Shown here: positions 11,130 through 22,648 of the stretch, in pieces
Numbering within the stretch: the first letter of the stretch is position 1
How the letters are laid out: the number at the start of each line of letters is the position of its first letter
DNA from: an uncultured Aliarcobacter sp.
Lineage (GTDB): Bacteria; Campylobacterota; Campylobacteria; Campylobacterales; Arcobacteraceae
Assembly: GCA_963664305.2 (NCBI GenBank)
Contig: CAXXLV010000002.1
Span: 1,152,001-1,216,000, forward strand
Reading direction: 5' to 3'
Length of the DNA stretch: 64,000 nt
Position numbers and translations under genes: made by a program
The notes under the pieces: model-generated
Told to the model about the DNA's origin: nothing
The model's input: the letters and a program-made list of their open reading frames with translations, nothing else
Databases searched by the model: none

Positions 11130-11677
11130 TACGCTCTTCCTTTTGTAAATGGAATTCCTACTAATTCTAATAATCTGTAAGATTCAGCATCATTAGTCGC
11201 ACTAGTAGTAATTGAAATATTCATACCGTGTGTTTTAATGATGTTATCATAAACTACTTCTGGGAACATTAATTGCTCATCTAATCCAAAGTTGAAGTTT
11301 CCTCTACCATCAAAACCATTTTTGTTAAGACCTCTAAAGTCTTTTACTCTTGGTAATGCAACGTTACATAATTTGTCTAAGAAATGATACATTTGCTCAC
11401 CTCTTAATGTAACTTTAACACCTACAGGCATACCTTCTCTAACTTTAAATCCAGCTACTGATTTTTTAGCAATAACTTTAACAGCTTTTTGACCAGCAAT
11501 TAAAGAAATTGTATCTTCAATATTTTGGATTAATTTAGAATCTTTCATCGCTTCACCAGCACCAACTGAGATAACAACTTTCTCTAACTTTGCAGTTAAA
11601 GTTTTGTTTTTTGGGAACTCAGCTTCTAATACTGGTTTGATTTCTGATTTATATTTTTCAAATAATCTTGATGCCAT
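11129..11677 (-). CDS. rplE: 50S ribosomal protein L5
   Basis: [15 protein letters not shown]. Confidence 0.97.
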   Translation of the reverse strand: MASRLFEKYKSEIKPVLEAEFPKNKTLTAKLEKVVISVGAGEAMKDSKLIQNIEDTISLIAGQKAVKVIAKKSVAGFKVREGMPVGVKVTLRGEQMYHFLDKLCNVALPRVKDFRGLNKNGFDGRGNFNFGLDEQLMFPEVVYDNIIKTHGMNISITTSATNDAESYRLLELVGIPFTKGRA

Positions 11678-11678
11678 A

Positions 11679-11918
11679 TTAGTTACCCTCTACTTTTGCT
11701 ACATTTGAAATGTCAATTGGCATTTCTTTGTTTACAAATCCACCTTCTGGATTTTTTTCTTGATCAGGTTTAACTGTTTTTTTAGCAACTTTGCAATCTT
11801 TCACGATTACTTTTCTTTCTTTTGGTAATACAGCTAAAACTTCTCCAGTTTTACCTTTATCATCACCAGCGATGATTTTTACAGTATCACCTTTTTTGAT
11901 TTTTAATTTAATTGCCAT
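11679..11918 (-). CDS. rplX: 50S ribosomal protein L24 (short form)
   Basis: [20 protein letters not shown]; start at MAIKL. Confidence 0.95.
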   Translation of the reverse strand: MAIKLKIKKGDTVKIIAGDDKGKTGEVLAVLPKERKVIVKDCKVAKKTVKPDQEKNPEGGFVNKEMPIDISNVAKVEGN

Positions 11919-11919
11919 A

Positions 11920-12288
11920 TTATAATACCTCCGGTGCAAGTGAAACGATTTTCATGAAACCTGAATATCTTACTTCCCTAGCAACTGGTCCAAAGATTCT
12001 TGTTCCAACTGGCTCTCTTTTTGCATCTAGAATAACCGCTGCATTATCATCAAATCTAATTAATGAACCATTTTCTCTATGAACTTCTTTATGAGTTCTA
12101 ACAACAACAGCTTTTACAACTTGACCTTTTTTAATTTTTCCAGTTGGTAAAGCTTTTTTAACTGAAGCAACAATAACATCACCAACAGTTGCGTATCTTC
12201 TTTTAGAACCACCTAAAACTTTGATACACATAATCTCTTTAGCACCTGTGTTGTCAGCTACGTTTAATCTTGTAAAACTTTGAATCAT
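11920..12288 (-). CDS. rplN: 50S ribosomal protein L14
   Basis: [18 protein letters not shown]. Confidence 0.98.
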   Translation of the reverse strand: MIQSFTRLNVADNTGAKEIMCIKVLGGSKRRYATVGDVIVASVKKALPTGKIKKGQVVKAVVVRTHKEVHRENGSLIRFDDNAAVILDAKREPVGTRIFGPVAREVRYSGFMKIVSLAPEVL

Positions 12289-12539
12289 TATTTAACTCCT
12301 GTAGCTACTATCGTCTTTAATCTAAAAGATTTAGTTTTTGACAATGGTCTACACTCAATTGCGATAACACTATCACCAACATTTAATTCGTTTCTTTCGT
12401 CATGAATTAAATATTTTTTAAATCTCTTTACAGTTTTGTGATATTTTGGGTGTAAAACTGATCTTGTAACTAAGATAGAAGCTGTTTTATCACCTGATTT
12501 TTTTACCACTACACCTTGAATCTCTCTTTTATGTGTCAT
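12288..12539 (-). CDS. rpsQ: 30S ribosomal protein S17
   Basis: [15 protein letters not shown]. Confidence 0.97.
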   Translation of the reverse strand: MTHKREIQGVVVKKSGDKTASILVTRSVLHPKYHKTVKRFKKYLIHDERNELNVGDSVIAIECRPLSKTKSFRLKTIVATGVK

Positions 12540-12549
12540 ACTTAGATCC

Positions 12550-12741
12550 TTAGTTAGCTTTTGCAGCAGTCATAGCTGTTTGAATTTTAGCGATGTCTTT
12601 TTTAGCAACTCTTAATTCAGCTGTATTTGTTAACTGCATTGTTTTTAGCTTAGCTTTTAATTCAAAAAGAAGCACCTTTTTCTCTTTTAATAATACTTGA
12701 AGTTCGCTCAAGTTTTTGTCTTTTAAATCAGTATAGTTCAT
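12550..12741 (-). CDS. rpmC: 50S ribosomal protein L29
   Basis: 63 aa, KKDIAKIQT; position after rplP. Confidence 0.95.
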   Translation of the reverse strand: MNYTDLKDKNLSELQVLLKEKKVLLFELKAKLKTMQLTNTAELRVAKKDIAKIQTAMTAAKAN

Positions 12742-13153
12742 TTTCGCTATCTCTTGTTACAATTTTAGTTTTAAACGGTAATTTATGCATAGCTAAAGTT
12801 AAAGCTTCTCTTGCTAATTCTTCAGATACTCCAGCCATTTCAAAACAAATTCTTCCAGGCTTAATGTTCATAACCCATTTATCAACTGAACCTTTACCTT
12901 TACCCATTCTTGTTTCTAATGGTTTTGCAGTAAGTGGTTTATCAGGGAATACCATAATCCAAACTTTTGCTTGTCTTTTTACTTTTCTTGTCATTGCAAT
13001 TCTTGACGCTTCAATTTGTCTAGAATCAATTCTTCCATGTTCAACTGCTTTGATACCGATATCTCCGTATGCTAAAGAGTTTCCTCTATGAGCCATACCT
13101 CTATTTCGGCCTTTCATCATTTTTCTGAACTTAGTTCTTTTAGGCATTAACAT
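12728..13153 (-). CDS. rplP: 50S ribosomal protein L16
   Basis: [18 protein letters not shown]. Confidence 0.98.
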   Translation of the reverse strand: MLMPKRTKFRKMMKGRNRGMAHRGNSLAYGDIGIKAVEHGRIDSRQIEASRIAMTRKVKRQAKVWIMVFPDKPLTAKPLETRMGKGKGSVDKWVMNIKPGRICFEMAGVSEELAREALTLAMHKLPFKTKIVTRDSENELY

Positions 13154-13155
13154 GA

Positions 13156-13860
13156 TTATTTACCTCTTTTCTTTGTTGGTCTTCTTTTAGGTTTAGAAGT
13201 TGTTTCTTCAGCTTTTTCAGTTGGAATACCTTTTGCTAATACTTCACCTTTGAAAATCCAAACTTTAATACCGATACAACCATAAGTTGTATGAGCTTCA
13301 GCAAAACCATAATCGATTCTTGCTCTTAAAGTATGTAATGGAACTCTACCTTCTAAATACCACTCAGTTCTAGCCATTTCAGCTCCACCAAGTCTACCAG
13401 AAACAGATACTTTAATACCTTTTGCTCCACCTTTTAATGCGTTTTGCATAACTCTTTTCATAGCTCTTCTAAATGCAACTCTTCTTTCTAATTGTTGAGC
13501 AACATTCTCAGCAGATAATTGAGCAGAGATTTGTGGTTTTCTTTCTTCTTTGATATTAACAGCGATTTCTTTACCAACTAATTTTGAAAGTGCGTCTTTT
13601 AATTTTTCAACGTCAGCACCTTTTTTACCAATAATAATACCTGGTCTAGCAGCTACAACAGTAACTCTAACTTTTTTAGCTGTTCTTTCAACTACAGTTT
13701 GAGCAATTCCAGCATAGTATAATTCTTTTTTAACATACTTTCTGATTTTGTCATCTTCTGCAACGTTTGCTGGCATTGTTTCAAATTTAGGAAACCATCT
13801 TGATTCCCAGTTTCTATTAATACCTAATCTTAAACCTATTGGATTAACTTTTTGACCCAT
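13156..13860 (-). CDS. rpsC: 30S ribosomal protein S3
   Basis: [23 protein letters not shown]. Confidence 0.98.
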   Translation of the reverse strand: MGQKVNPIGLRLGINRNWESRWFPKFETMPANVAEDDKIRKYVKKELYYAGIAQTVVERTAKKVRVTVVAARPGIIIGKKGADVEKLKDALSKLVGKEIAVNIKEERKPQISAQLSAENVAQQLERRVAFRRAMKRVMQNALKGGAKGIKVSVSGRLGGAEMARTEWYLEGRVPLHTLRARIDYGFAEAHTTYGCIGIKVWIFKGEVLAKGIPTEKAEETTSKPKRRPTKKRGK

Positions 13861-14192
13861 TACTTATCTCCTTTAGTTGCAGCAGCTACTTCAATCATAA
13901 TATGTGCAGTTGGTTTATGCTTTGGTGAAGCTGAACCTCTTGCTCTTGGAGTAAATCTCTTAAGAACTGGACCTTTATCAACTCTAGCTGATGTAATAAC
14001 TGCATCAACTGGATCTAAACCTGCATTTGCAACTGCAGATGCAATAACTTTTGAAATAATTCCAGCAGCTTTATTTGGAGTAAATTGTAAAGATGCGATT
14101 GCATACTCTGCATTCATTCCTTGAACTTCTCTAGCAATTAATCTTGCTTTGATTGGAGAAAGTCTAATAAATTTTAATATTGCTTTAGCCAT
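13860..14192 (-). CDS. rplV: 50S ribosomal protein L22
   Basis: [15 protein letters not shown]. Confidence 0.97.
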   Translation of the reverse strand: MAKAILKFIRLSPIKARLIAREVQGMNAEYAIASLQFTPNKAAGIISKVIASAVANAGLDPVDAVITSARVDKGPVLKRFTPRARGSASPKHKPTAHIMIEVAAATKGDK

Positions 14193-14194
14193 TC

Positions 14195-14470
14195 TTATGC
14201 CTTTCTTTGAACAGAACCTTTATGGCCCTTAAATGTTCTAGTTGGTGCAAACTCACCTAATTTATATCCAACGTGATTTTCTGTAATATTTACAGGAACG
14301 AAATTTCTTCCATTGTGCACATTGAAAGTTAATCCAATCATATCTGGTAATACAGTTGATCTTCTTGACCAAGTTTTAATTGGTTTTTTATCATTAGCAC
14401 TATTTGCACTAATAACTTTTTTCATCAGGTGTGCGTCTACAAATGGACCTTTTTTTACCGATCTTGCCAT
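14195..14470 (-). CDS. rpsS: 30S ribosomal protein S19
   Basis: [19 protein letters not shown]. Confidence 0.98.
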   Translation of the reverse strand: MARSVKKGPFVDAHLMKKVISANSANDKKPIKTWSRRSTVLPDMIGLTFNVHNGRNFVPVNITENHVGYKLGEFAPTRTFKGHKGSVQRKA

Positions 14471-14479
14471 CTTAAACCC

Positions 14480-15307
14480 TTACTTCTTTCTTTTTGAAAT
14501 GATTAGTTTATCACTAGCTTTTTTCTTTCTAGTTTTATAACCTTTAGTTGGCATACCCCATGGAGTAACAGGATGTCTACCAGAGTTAGTTTTACCTTCC
14601 CCTCCACCGTGTGGGTGATCAATAGGGTTCATAGCAGATCCTCTAGTTTGAGGTCTAATACCTAAGTGTCTACTTCTACCAGCTTTACCAACAACCATAT
14701 TTGTGAAATCTTCATTTCCAACTACACCAATTGTAGCCATACAAACACCAAGAATTTTTCTCATTTCACCTGAAGGTAATCTCATGATAACATATTTATC
14801 TTCTCTACCCATGATTTGAGCGTATCCACCAGCAGATCTAGCGATTTGACCACCTTTTCCTGGTTTCATTTCAATATTATGAACCATTGTTCCTACTGGA
14901 ATGTTCATTAAATTCATAGCGTTACCTGGTAAAATATCAAGTCCTGACTCAGCAGCTTGAACTTTATCACCAACTTTTAATCCAGAAGGTTGAATAATAT
15001 ATCTTTTATCACCATCTAAATATGTAACTAAACAAATTCTACAGTTTCTGTATGGATCGTACTCAACAGTAGATACAGTACCTTCTACACCAAATTTATT
15101 TCTTTTGAAATCAATAAGTCTATATAATTTTTTAGCACCTGCTTCTTTGTGTCTTGAAGTAATTCTACCATTATTATTTCTACCAGCTTTAGCGCTTACT
15201 CTTACAAGTAATGATCTAACTGTTGGTTTAGAAGTAATATCAGAACTATCCATAACTGACATAAATCTTCTTGCAGGAGTTATTGGTCTAAATTTTTTAA
15301 TTGCCAT
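14480..15307 (-). CDS. rplB: 50S ribosomal protein L2
   Basis: [22 protein letters not shown]. Confidence 0.98.
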   Translation of the reverse strand: MAIKKFRPITPARRFMSVMDSSDITSKPTVRSLLVRVSAKAGRNNNGRITSRHKEAGAKKLYRLIDFKRNKFGVEGTVSTVEYDPYRNCRICLVTYLDGDKRYIIQPSGLKVGDKVQAAESGLDILPGNAMNLMNIPVGTMVHNIEMKPGKGGQIARSAGGYAQIMGREDKYVIMRLPSGEMRKILGVCMATIGVVGNEDFTNMVVGKAGRSRHLGIRPQTRGSAMNPIDHPHGGGEGKTNSGRHPVTPWGMPTKGYKTRKKKASDKLIISKRKK

Positions 15308-15319
15308 TTTCTATACTCC

Positions 15320-15601
15320 TTAAGCTGATAAATTCGCAATTTGTGCGTCTTCAGGTAATGTTACATAAAACTTTTTGAAATCTGCTCTTTTTCCAGGTTT
15401 TCCTCTAAATCTTTTAACTTTACCATCTTGTCTTAAAGAATTAACTTTTAATGGCGTAACACCAAAATACTCTTTAAATACTTCTTTTAAACCAGTTTTC
15501 GTCATTCTTGGACTAGTTTGAACAACGATTACACCATTTTCTTGAAGCTCAATTGTTTTTTCTGTATATAATATTGCTTTAATATCTGTAATATCTGCCA
15601 T
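15320..15601 (-). CDS. rplW: 50S ribosomal protein L23
   Basis: [18 protein letters not shown]. Confidence 0.96.
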   Translation of the reverse strand: MADITDIKAILYTEKTIELQENGVIVVQTSPRMTKTGLKEVFKEYFGVTPLKVNSLRQDGKVKRFRGKPGKRADFKKFYVTLPEDAQIANLSA

Positions 15602-15602
15602 C

Positions 15603-16214
15603 TTAAGCCTCTTTTGTTAATGCATCAAGTACTGATTTTTCAATTAGTACTGAGTGGTAAACAGCAATTAAATAAGCGTTAACTTCTTGCTTTTCAACCA
15701 TATAACAGTTTTTAATATTTCTAAATGCTAAATAAGTTTTTTCATCGATAACATCACAAACAACTAATGTATCTCTCTTATTTATTTTATTTAAAACTGC
15801 AACTGCTTCTTTTGTTTTTCCTGATTCAATTTTCACAGAATCAACAACAAATAACGAACCATTGTTAGCTTGTGCATTAATAGCATATTTTAATGCTAAA
15901 GCTTTTTGTTTTTTATTTACTTTTTGGTTATAGTTTCTTTTAGTAGGTCCAAATGCTTGTCCCCCACCAACGAATAATGGTGATCTTTTAGAACCCCATC
16001 TAGCTGCACCAGAACCTTTTTGAGCTTTAGGTTTTTTACCACCACCGCTTACTTCTGCTCTTGTTTTAGCTCTTGCTGTATTTGCTCTTAACGATGCTAA
16101 ATATGATTTAACATATAAGTATAAGTTGTGAGAATTAATTTCTTCATAACTTGCAGGTAAAACTACTTCACCATTGTTTTCAAATTTTTCGTTTAATACT
16201 ATAGCTTTGCTCAT
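15603..16214 (-). CDS. rplD: 50S ribosomal protein L4
   Basis: [21 protein letters not shown]. Confidence 0.97.
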   Translation of the reverse strand: MSKAIVLNEKFENNGEVVLPASYEEINSHNLYLYVKSYLASLRANTARAKTRAEVSGGGKKPKAQKGSGAARWGSKRSPLFVGGGQAFGPTKRNYNQKVNKKQKALALKYAINAQANNGSLFVVDSVKIESGKTKEAVAVLNKINKRDTLVVCDVIDEKTYLAFRNIKNCYMVEKQEVNAYLIAVYHSVLIEKSVLDALTKEA

Positions 16215-16786
16215 TTAGCAACCTTTACTTTTCCTAATGAACCATTTGCACCAGATACTGAACCTTTTAATACTAAGATTCCTGTTTCAGCATCAAATGA
16301 AATTACTTCATTTTTTACAGATACATTTGTATTTCCGTATTGCCCTGGCATTTTTTTACCTGGCTGAACTCTTCCTGGCCATTCGCAGTTACCGATTGAT
16401 CCAGTTCTTTTACCCATTCTGTGACCGTGAGATGCTCTTCCACCAGCAAAATTCCATCTTTTAACCGCACCAGAGAAACCTCTACCTTTAGTTTTAAAAG
16501 TTGATTTTACTACTTTACCTTCACCTAATCCAGAAACATCTAAATCACCCGCTTCAGTATTTGCTACAGTTAATGTTGCAAATCTGTTAAACTCTTTAGA
16601 TAAGTTGAATTTTTTTTGTTGACCTTCTATAGCTTTGTTAAATTTTTTACCATTGCTATAAGAAACTAGTGCTACACCATCAGTTACTTCACATACTTTC
16701 GCATCAAGAACTTTTAAAAGTGTAACAGCTGTACTTGGAACAGAAACTGTTCTACTCATACCGATTTTTTGAACTATAAATTCCAT
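16211..16786 (-). CDS. rplC: 50S ribosomal protein L3
   Basis: [23 protein letters not shown]. Confidence 0.97.
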   Translation of the reverse strand: MEFIVQKIGMSRTVSVPSTAVTLLKVLDAKVCEVTDGVALVSYSNGKKFNKAIEGQQKKFNLSKEFNRFATLTVANTEAGDLDVSGLGEGKVVKSTFKTKGRGFSGAVKRWNFAGGRASHGHRMGKRTGSIGNCEWPGRVQPGKKMPGQYGNTNVSVKNEVISFDAETGILVLKGSVSGANGSLGKVKVAK

Positions 16787-16802
16787 CTTGTCACCCTTTC
16801 TC

Positions 16803-17117
16803 TTATTCTTGACCCATAGATCTTACTTCAACATCAACTTCAGGAGCTAAGTCAAGTTTCATTAGTGAATCTACAGTATCAGGAGTCGCTGCAATGATAT
16901 CAATAATTCTTGAATGAACTCTGATTTCAAATTGCTCTCTTGAATCCTTATTTACGTGAGGACCTTTAATAACTGTATATCTTCTGATTTTTGTAGGAAG
17001 AGGGATTGGACCTCTCAAATCAGCACCAGTTCTTTTTACAGCTTCAACAATTGAAGCAACACTTCTGTCTAAAACTCTGTGATCATAAGCTTTAAGCTTT
17101 AATCTGATTTTTTCCAT
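16803..17117 (-). CDS. rpsJ: 30S ribosomal protein S10
   Basis: [22 protein letters not shown] at 17117 after AAAGGA. Confidence 0.98.
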   Translation of the reverse strand: MEKIRLKLKAYDHRVLDRSVASIVEAVKRTGADLRGPIPLPTKIRRYTVIKGPHVNKDSREQFEIRVHSRIIDIIAATPDTVDSLMKLDLAPEVDVEVRSMGQE

Positions 17118-17183
17118 TAATTTTCCTTTAAAGAACTCGTTAGATGTGCAAAAATGCACCCTAACCACATTTAGTGGACGCGG

Positions 17184-17212
17184 ATTATAACTTAATTGAA
17201 GTTAAATGTCAA
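17184..17212 (-). promoter_or_regulatory. Consensus sigma70 promoter of the S10 operon with GC-rich discriminator
   Basis: Minus strand TTGACA, 17 bp, TATAAT, then CCGCGTCC. Confidence 0.85.
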
Positions 17213-17280
17213 GTATTATGGGCTTTATCAAATAAATTTATTAATTTTATTTCCTTTCAAAAAGGAATATAATAGCTTTA

Positions 17281-17309
17281 TTGACACTAAGGTAAGTTTT
17301 CTTTAAGAT
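17281..17309 (+). promoter_or_regulatory. Possible sigma70 promoter for the D-amino acid dehydrogenase gene
   Basis: TTGACA, 17 bp, TAAGAT. Confidence 0.4.
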
Positions 17310-17414
17310 ATCGTATTTTTAATAGTAAATATTTTTATTGCATCTATATTATTACTATTTAGGAATAAATATTGTATATTATTTTTTAGTTTTTCTTCAA
17401 TTAGGAGTTGATAA

Positions 17415-18665
17415 ATGAAACGAGATATTATAATAATTGGTGCAGGAATTATGGGTTTAACAACTGCATACGAATTTCTTAAAGCAGGTAGAAAAGTTAC
17501 AATTATAGATGAAAGTGATATAACAGATTCAACCTCTTTTGGAAATGCTGGTTTATTGTCTGCATTTGATAAAGGACCACTTGCAAATCCAGGGATTGTT
17601 TTTAATACATTAAAACTTATGATAAAAGGTGAATCACCTGTAAATATACATCCTACTTTAGATACAAAAATATATAAATGGTTATGGAAATTTGTAAATA
17701 GTGCAAACAAAGATAGATTAAAAAGAACTTTAGCTTTATTTGAGAAATATGGTCATATATCAAATGATGCATATGAAAAAATGCAAAATATTGATGGCTT
17801 AGATTTAGATTTTCATAGAAAGGGTATGTTGTCTGTTTTTACTGAACAAAAAAGTTATGATAAAAAATTACTTGATTATGCAATAAAAAATGATGATGTT
17901 TTTGAAATCATTGAAAAAAATAAAATAAAAGAATTTATACCTTGTGTTACAAATGATGTTAAAGGAGCTATTCATTTTAAAAGAAATACTCACTTTGACC
18001 CAAAAAGAACAATGTTAGAATTAAAAAGATATTTAAAAGAAAATGGTGCTGAATTTATTTTAAATGAAAGAATTTCACATATCAAATATTCAGATTCAAA
18101 AATTGAATCTATTAGTTCAGCTCTAAATACTTATGAAGCAGATACATATATAATGTCAACAGGTTATCAGACACTTTTAGCAGATAAAGTAAATCAAAAT
18201 CTTATGATGACACCTGCAAAAGGATATAGTATCACTTTTAAAATGCCTAAAGAATTGCAACCAGTTACATCTACACTATTTTCTGATTTATTTATTGTTA
18301 TGACACCAAGACGTGATGATGTAAGAATTACATCAAAATTAGAGATTGGTTCAACAAATCATCAAATAGTAAAAAAACAAATTGAAAGTATAAAAGAAAA
18401 CTTCAAAAAATACACTGTTCCTTTTATAATGGAAGATATCGTTGAATGGACTGGATTTAGACCTTTAACACCAAATGATATGCCACTTATTGGAAGAGAT
18501 GAAAAATATAAAAACTTAGTTTATGGTATGGGATTAGGTTGGTTAGGAATGACATTTGGTCCTGCACTAGCTTCTATATTAAAAGATTTGATTGTAAATG
18601 ATTTAGAGAATAAAAATAGTGATGATATTCTTTTATTTTCTGGTTTTTATCAAGGTAAATATTAA
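17415..18665 (+). CDS. FAD-dependent D-amino acid dehydrogenase (DadA-like)
   Basis: IIGAGIMG, TSFGNAG, PAKGYS, WTGFRPLTP. Confidence 0.85.
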   Translation: MKRDIIIIGAGIMGLTTAYEFLKAGRKVTIIDESDITDSTSFGNAGLLSAFDKGPLANPGIVFNTLKLMIKGESPVNIHPTLDTKIYKWLWKFVNSANKDRLKRTLALFEKYGHISNDAYEKMQNIDGLDLDFHRKGMLSVFTEQKSYDKKLLDYAIKNDDVFEIIEKNKIKEFIPCVTNDVKGAIHFKRNTHFDPKRTMLELKRYLKENGAEFILNERISHIKYSDSKIESISSALNTYEADTYIMSTGYQTLLADKVNQNLMMTPAKGYSITFKMPKELQPVTSTLFSDLFIVMTPRRDDVRITSKLEIGSTNHQIVKKQIESIKENFKKYTVPFIMEDIVEWTGFRPLTPNDMPLIGRDEKYKNLVYGMGLGWLGMTFGPALASILKDLIVNDLENKNSDDILLFSGFYQGKY

Positions 18666-18666
18666 T

Positions 18667-18690
18667 AAATGTAGGTTATTTCCTACATTT
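18667..18690. terminator. Bidirectional terminator-like hairpin
   Basis: AAATGTAGG-TTATTT-CCTACATTT between convergent genes. Confidence 0.6.
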
Positions 18691-19906
18691 ATTCTTTTAT
18701 ATTTGAACCACAATTAGAACAATAATCCAAGTTTTTTATAGTATTTTTATGGCAACTTTTACATTCAATTTTTAGTTGATTTTGGCAACATGGACAATAA
18801 TTCATAATAGTAAAATCTACTCTATTCCCACATTTTATACAAATATTTTTATTATAAGCATCTATTATTGATATATTGTTATTTTTTAATTTTTCATTAT
18901 CTTCTTTAAATCTTTTTTGAATTTTGATTATTATAAAAATAAATATTAAAATAGCAATTACAATAGTTAAATAATAAACTATAAAAGGTATTTCTAAACT
19001 GTAAAAAAACATCAATACTTTTTCAATAAATATCTTTGGAATAAAAATATTTATTAAACTAAGAAAAGAGATTACTGTAGGGATTAATGTTACTACCAAT
19101 ATATTTTTAAAAATAATATATAAAATATATCTATCTTTTTGTAAATAATTTCTCATCAAATAAAAAAATACAACTACTAATGGAACTAAAAACAATAAAA
19201 TTACTAATTCATATTTTATAGAATAAAACTTCTCACTTTTTTTAATATCTTCAAGTATTATCTCTTTATTTGTGTCTAAATAAGAAAGTAAATCTTTTAC
19301 AAAATTTGATTCTTTAAATATATTCTCTAAATCAATTTTTTGTCTATTTATTTCTTCTAACTCTTTTTTAAATGTTTCATATTTTTCTTTTACATTTTCA
19401 GCTGTTAGTTCACCTTTTACGATAGACTTACTATTATTTTGGTTACTCATTTTTTCAAATAAAATTGTATTGTAGTTTTCTTCTAAATATGTTATTTGGC
19501 TATTTATTTCATATGATTTATTGTTTAATTCTTCATTTTGTTGTTTTAAACTTTTTATATCAATATTATTTTTTATTATTTCAATTTTTTCTGTAATTAG
19601 ATTACATCTTTCATCTACTTCTAAATCTTTTATATTTTGGTATTTTGTATTGTAGTTATAGTTATTATATAAATAGCTGTTAAAATCATCTATACTTGAA
19701 GTGTAATTTAATACATCTCTACAATCATAAGGAAACTTTGTATTTGGATTATTTAAAACTCTTGTTTGAAAATCTATTCCTTGATAAAGAGTTGAAAGAA
19801 TAAAAATATTTAAAATTATAAGTGCGAAAATTGTTAATTTTGATAGTTTTTCTTTGCCTTTATATACAAAATTATTTGAGTAAAATTTTTTAATAAAATT
19901 TTTCAA
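18689..19906 (-). CDS. Membrane protein with coiled-coil periplasmic region and C-terminal double zinc ribbon
   Basis: About four hydrophobic segments; C-terminal CIKC, CPCC, CKSC, CSNC. Confidence 0.75.
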   Translation of the reverse strand: MKNFIKKFYSNNFVYKGKEKLSKLTIFALIILNIFILSTLYQGIDFQTRVLNNPNTKFPYDCRDVLNYTSSIDDFNSYLYNNYNYNTKYQNIKDLEVDERCNLITEKIEIIKNNIDIKSLKQQNEELNNKSYEINSQITYLEENYNTILFEKMSNQNNSKSIVKGELTAENVKEKYETFKKELEEINRQKIDLENIFKESNFVKDLLSYLDTNKEIILEDIKKSEKFYSIKYELVILLFLVPLVVVFFYLMRNYLQKDRYILYIIFKNILVVTLIPTVISFLSLINIFIPKIFIEKVLMFFYSLEIPFIVYYLTIVIAILIFIFIIIKIQKRFKEDNEKLKNNNISIIDAYNKNICIKCGNRVDFTIMNYCPCCQNQLKIECKSCHKNTIKNLDYCSNCGSNIKE

Positions 19907-19995
19907 GAGTTCTCCTAAATTATTTTAGGGTATTTTACTCTTTTATTATAAAAATTTTTGTTATTTTATTAGATTGTAGCTTTTTTATTTAGATT

Positions 19996-20484
19996 TTATA
20001 TAAAGTATTTAGGAGCATTCAATTTTAATTTATTAAAAATATTTTCAAAGTTTGCTGGGTAAACTCTTGTTCCACCAATAGAACTTATAAAGTTTGTATC
20101 TCCAAGCCATCTTGGTAACATATGATAATGAACATGTTGTTCAATTCCAGCACCAGCTGCTTTACCTAAATTCATTCCAATATTTACACCCTCACATGGC
20201 ATAATATCTTTTAGAAGTTTAACACCTTGTCTAACTCGTTTACTCATTTGAGTCCAAACAACCTCTTCTAAATCTTCTATATTTGAAGTATGAAAATATG
20301 GAACAACCATCATATGACCTGGACTATATGGAAATTTATTCATAACTACATAACAATATTCATCTTTGAATAAAACTTGTAGTTTGTCATTTTCAATATT
20401 GTTTGTTATGTGACAAAAAACGCAACCTTCAATTTTTTCTTCACTAACATAATCATATCGCCAAGGTGCATATAAATGTTCCAT
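19996..20484 (-). CDS. HIT family nucleotide hydrolase
   Basis: LYAPWR, CVFC, NKFPY, HVHYH triad. Confidence 0.92.
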   Translation of the reverse strand: MEHLYAPWRYDYVSEEKIEGCVFCHITNNIENDKLQVLFKDEYCYVVMNKFPYSPGHMMVVPYFHTSNIEDLEEVVWTQMSKRVRQGVKLLKDIMPCEGVNIGMNLGKAAGAGIEQHVHYHMLPRWLGDTNFISSIGGTRVYPANFENIFNKLKLNAPKYFI

Positions 20485-20502
20485 CTTATTTCCTATTTTC
20501 TC

Positions 20503-21939
20503 TTATATAAAGTTTGGAGCATCATTAGCAAATAAAATCAAATCACCTACTCTAGTTGTTTTTGCTAAAGTTACTTCCATCTCAGATTTATCTTTTAAAA
20601 TCAATACTTTTTCTTTATTTATATTTGCTACAAATAAATGAGTATTTAAACTTCCTGTTAAAATTACAAAATCAAAATTTTCATTTATTGTTTTTGCTAA
20701 AAGTATATTTGCTTCATCTGTTGATTCAACAAGTCCCGGAGTGATAATAACTTTTCTTCCTTTATGGTTTGAACAAATATTTATAGCTTCTAACATTCCT
20801 TCTAAATTTCCATTAAAAGAGTCATCAATTATAACTTTTCCATTTGCTTCTATTTTTTGAAGTCTATGTTCTACTTGAGGTAAACTCATTAGCGAAACTT
20901 TAATTTCAGGAATAGTCATACCCAAATAATGTGCCACTAAAATAACAGCTGTTAGATTAATAGCATTAAAACTTCCTAAAATTGGAGCGTAAAAGTTTTC
21001 TATTTTTCCTGCAACTTCAACATCAAACCAAATACCATCTAAATTACTTTTTGTAATTTTCAAATTATTTGGAAATTTTGTAATAGTTGGATAGTCTTTA
21101 ATAGGAACACTTTCATGTACAAATCCCATTTTCATTTTTGGTGATTTTAAAAGTTCCATTTTTGTATGAATGATATTGTCTAAAGTTTTAAAATACTCAA
21201 TATGTTGTTCTCCAACACTTCCTATAACACAAATTTGAGGCTCAAGAAACATTGCAATTTCTTCAATATCCCCTTTTACTCTAGCACCAGCTTCTGCTAT
21301 ATATATTTGTGTATCAAGAGGAATATCTCTATTTACATCTAGAACAATTCCTGCTATTGTATTTACACTTCTTGGTGTTTTATATACTTTATATTTGTTT
21401 TTTAAAACATGATAAAGATAGTTTTTGATTGATGTTTTTCCAAATGATGCTGTAATTGCAATTGTTCTAAGACCAGCTATACTTTGAACTCTTTGTTTTC
21501 CTTTGTGTTTAAAAGAGATAAAAAAGATTTTTTCTAAAACTGTTGAAATTGCATATGCTAAAAGTAATGGAACAAAAATAAATGTATTTGTACACTCTGG
21601 ATTTGATAAACAAAGAGCTGTAGTAGCAAATGTTGTAAATAATAAAATTGCTAAAAATCTCTTAACCCGTGCAGTTAAAACTAAAGGTTTATCAAGTTTT
21701 TTATTCCATAATACAAAACTTGTCATATAAACTATAAAAAAGTAAATTGCAAAATAAGGTTCAGGAATGATATAAAATAAAACTATAGGAGAAAGAAAAT
21801 ATGTAATATGCCATTGCCATTTATGATGTTTTAAAACAACTCTTTCTAACTTGTAGTTATACCATTGTAGATTAGTAATTAGATACCAACCTAAAGCCAT
21901 AATCAATATTATATGTGTAATTATATTAATATATTCCAT
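20503..21939 (-). CDS. murF: Mur ligase with N-terminal membrane region (MurF-like)
   Basis: ITASFGKTS P-loop, EAGA, IIDDSFNGN; next to ddl. Confidence 0.8.
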   Translation of the reverse strand: MEYINIITHIILIMALGWYLITNLQWYNYKLERVVLKHHKWQWHITYFLSPIVLFYIIPEPYFAIYFFIVYMTSFVLWNKKLDKPLVLTARVKRFLAILLFTTFATTALCLSNPECTNTFIFVPLLLAYAISTVLEKIFFISFKHKGKQRVQSIAGLRTIAITASFGKTSIKNYLYHVLKNKYKVYKTPRSVNTIAGIVLDVNRDIPLDTQIYIAEAGARVKGDIEEIAMFLEPQICVIGSVGEQHIEYFKTLDNIIHTKMELLKSPKMKMGFVHESVPIKDYPTITKFPNNLKITKSNLDGIWFDVEVAGKIENFYAPILGSFNAINLTAVILVAHYLGMTIPEIKVSLMSLPQVEHRLQKIEANGKVIIDDSFNGNLEGMLEAINICSNHKGRKVIITPGLVESTDEANILLAKTINENFDFVILTGSLNTHLFVANINKEKVLILKDKSEMEVTLAKTTRVGDLILFANDAPNFI

Positions 21940-22645
21940 TTTCTATTCTCTCAGAAATATCTTTTGCATTTTTAGCAAAGAAGTAATGGTCGCCATCATA
22001 AGATATAAATGTTGATTTTTTTATTAAATTTGCAATTTTTTTACCTGATTCTAAAGATGTAGCACTATCTTTTTCTCCCCAAAATATTAATGCATTATTT
22101 TGAAAGTTTGAAAAATTTACTGAAAAATCTTCATTTACAACATTTTTAAATGTTGCATACATATTTTCACTCATTGTATCTACATCTTTACTTCTAAATC
22201 TTTTAGTAATATTTCTTAATCCTAAAAAATTAAAAATTTTTGCAAAAAGAATTTTTATTTTAACATCTAAAGGTTTTTCTTCTAAAATTCCTGCACTACT
22301 TAAAAGTACAAGATTTTTTGGATTAAGTAAAGTTGCAACTTTACCTCCATAAGAGTGTCCAACTATAATATCTTTTGAAGAATTCAAAAGCTTTAATAAC
22401 TCTTCTGTAATTTTTACATAATCATTTGTAGTTAAAACATACTCATTTTTACTTTTACCAAATCCTGGTAAATCAATATAAATATGTCTAAAATCTTTTA
22501 AATATGATGAAAATACATTTTTCATTATATCTTTATTTGATCCCCAACCATGCAAAAAAATGATATCTTTTGTAGAAGTTGGATTTACAATTTCATATGA
22601 AATTTCAAAAAACTTATTATTTATAGTTAAACTTTTTGTTGCCAA
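21926..22645 (-). CDS. Alpha/beta hydrolase
   Basis: FLHGWG, DLPGFG, GHSYGG, GDH. Confidence 0.9.
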   Translation of the reverse strand: MATKSLTINNKFFEISYEIVNPTSTKDIIFLHGWGSNKDIMKNVFSSYLKDFRHIYIDLPGFGKSKNEYVLTTNDYVKITEELLKLLNSSKDIIVGHSYGGKVATLLNPKNLVLLSSAGILEEKPLDVKIKILFAKIFNFLGLRNITKRFRSKDVDTMSENMYATFKNVVNEDFSVNFSNFQNNALIFWGEKDSATSLESGKKIANLIKKSTFISYDGDHYFFAKNAKDISERIENGIY

Positions 22646-22648
22646 AGT

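Noticed and set aside
9121..16464. Several plus-strand ORFs of 70-150 aa within the ribosomal cluster
   Set aside because: Antisense shadows of highly conserved r-protein genes, with no RBS or recognisable motifs
17303..17710. 135 aa minus-strand ORF
   Set aside because: Antisense to the D-amino acid dehydrogenase start; no family features
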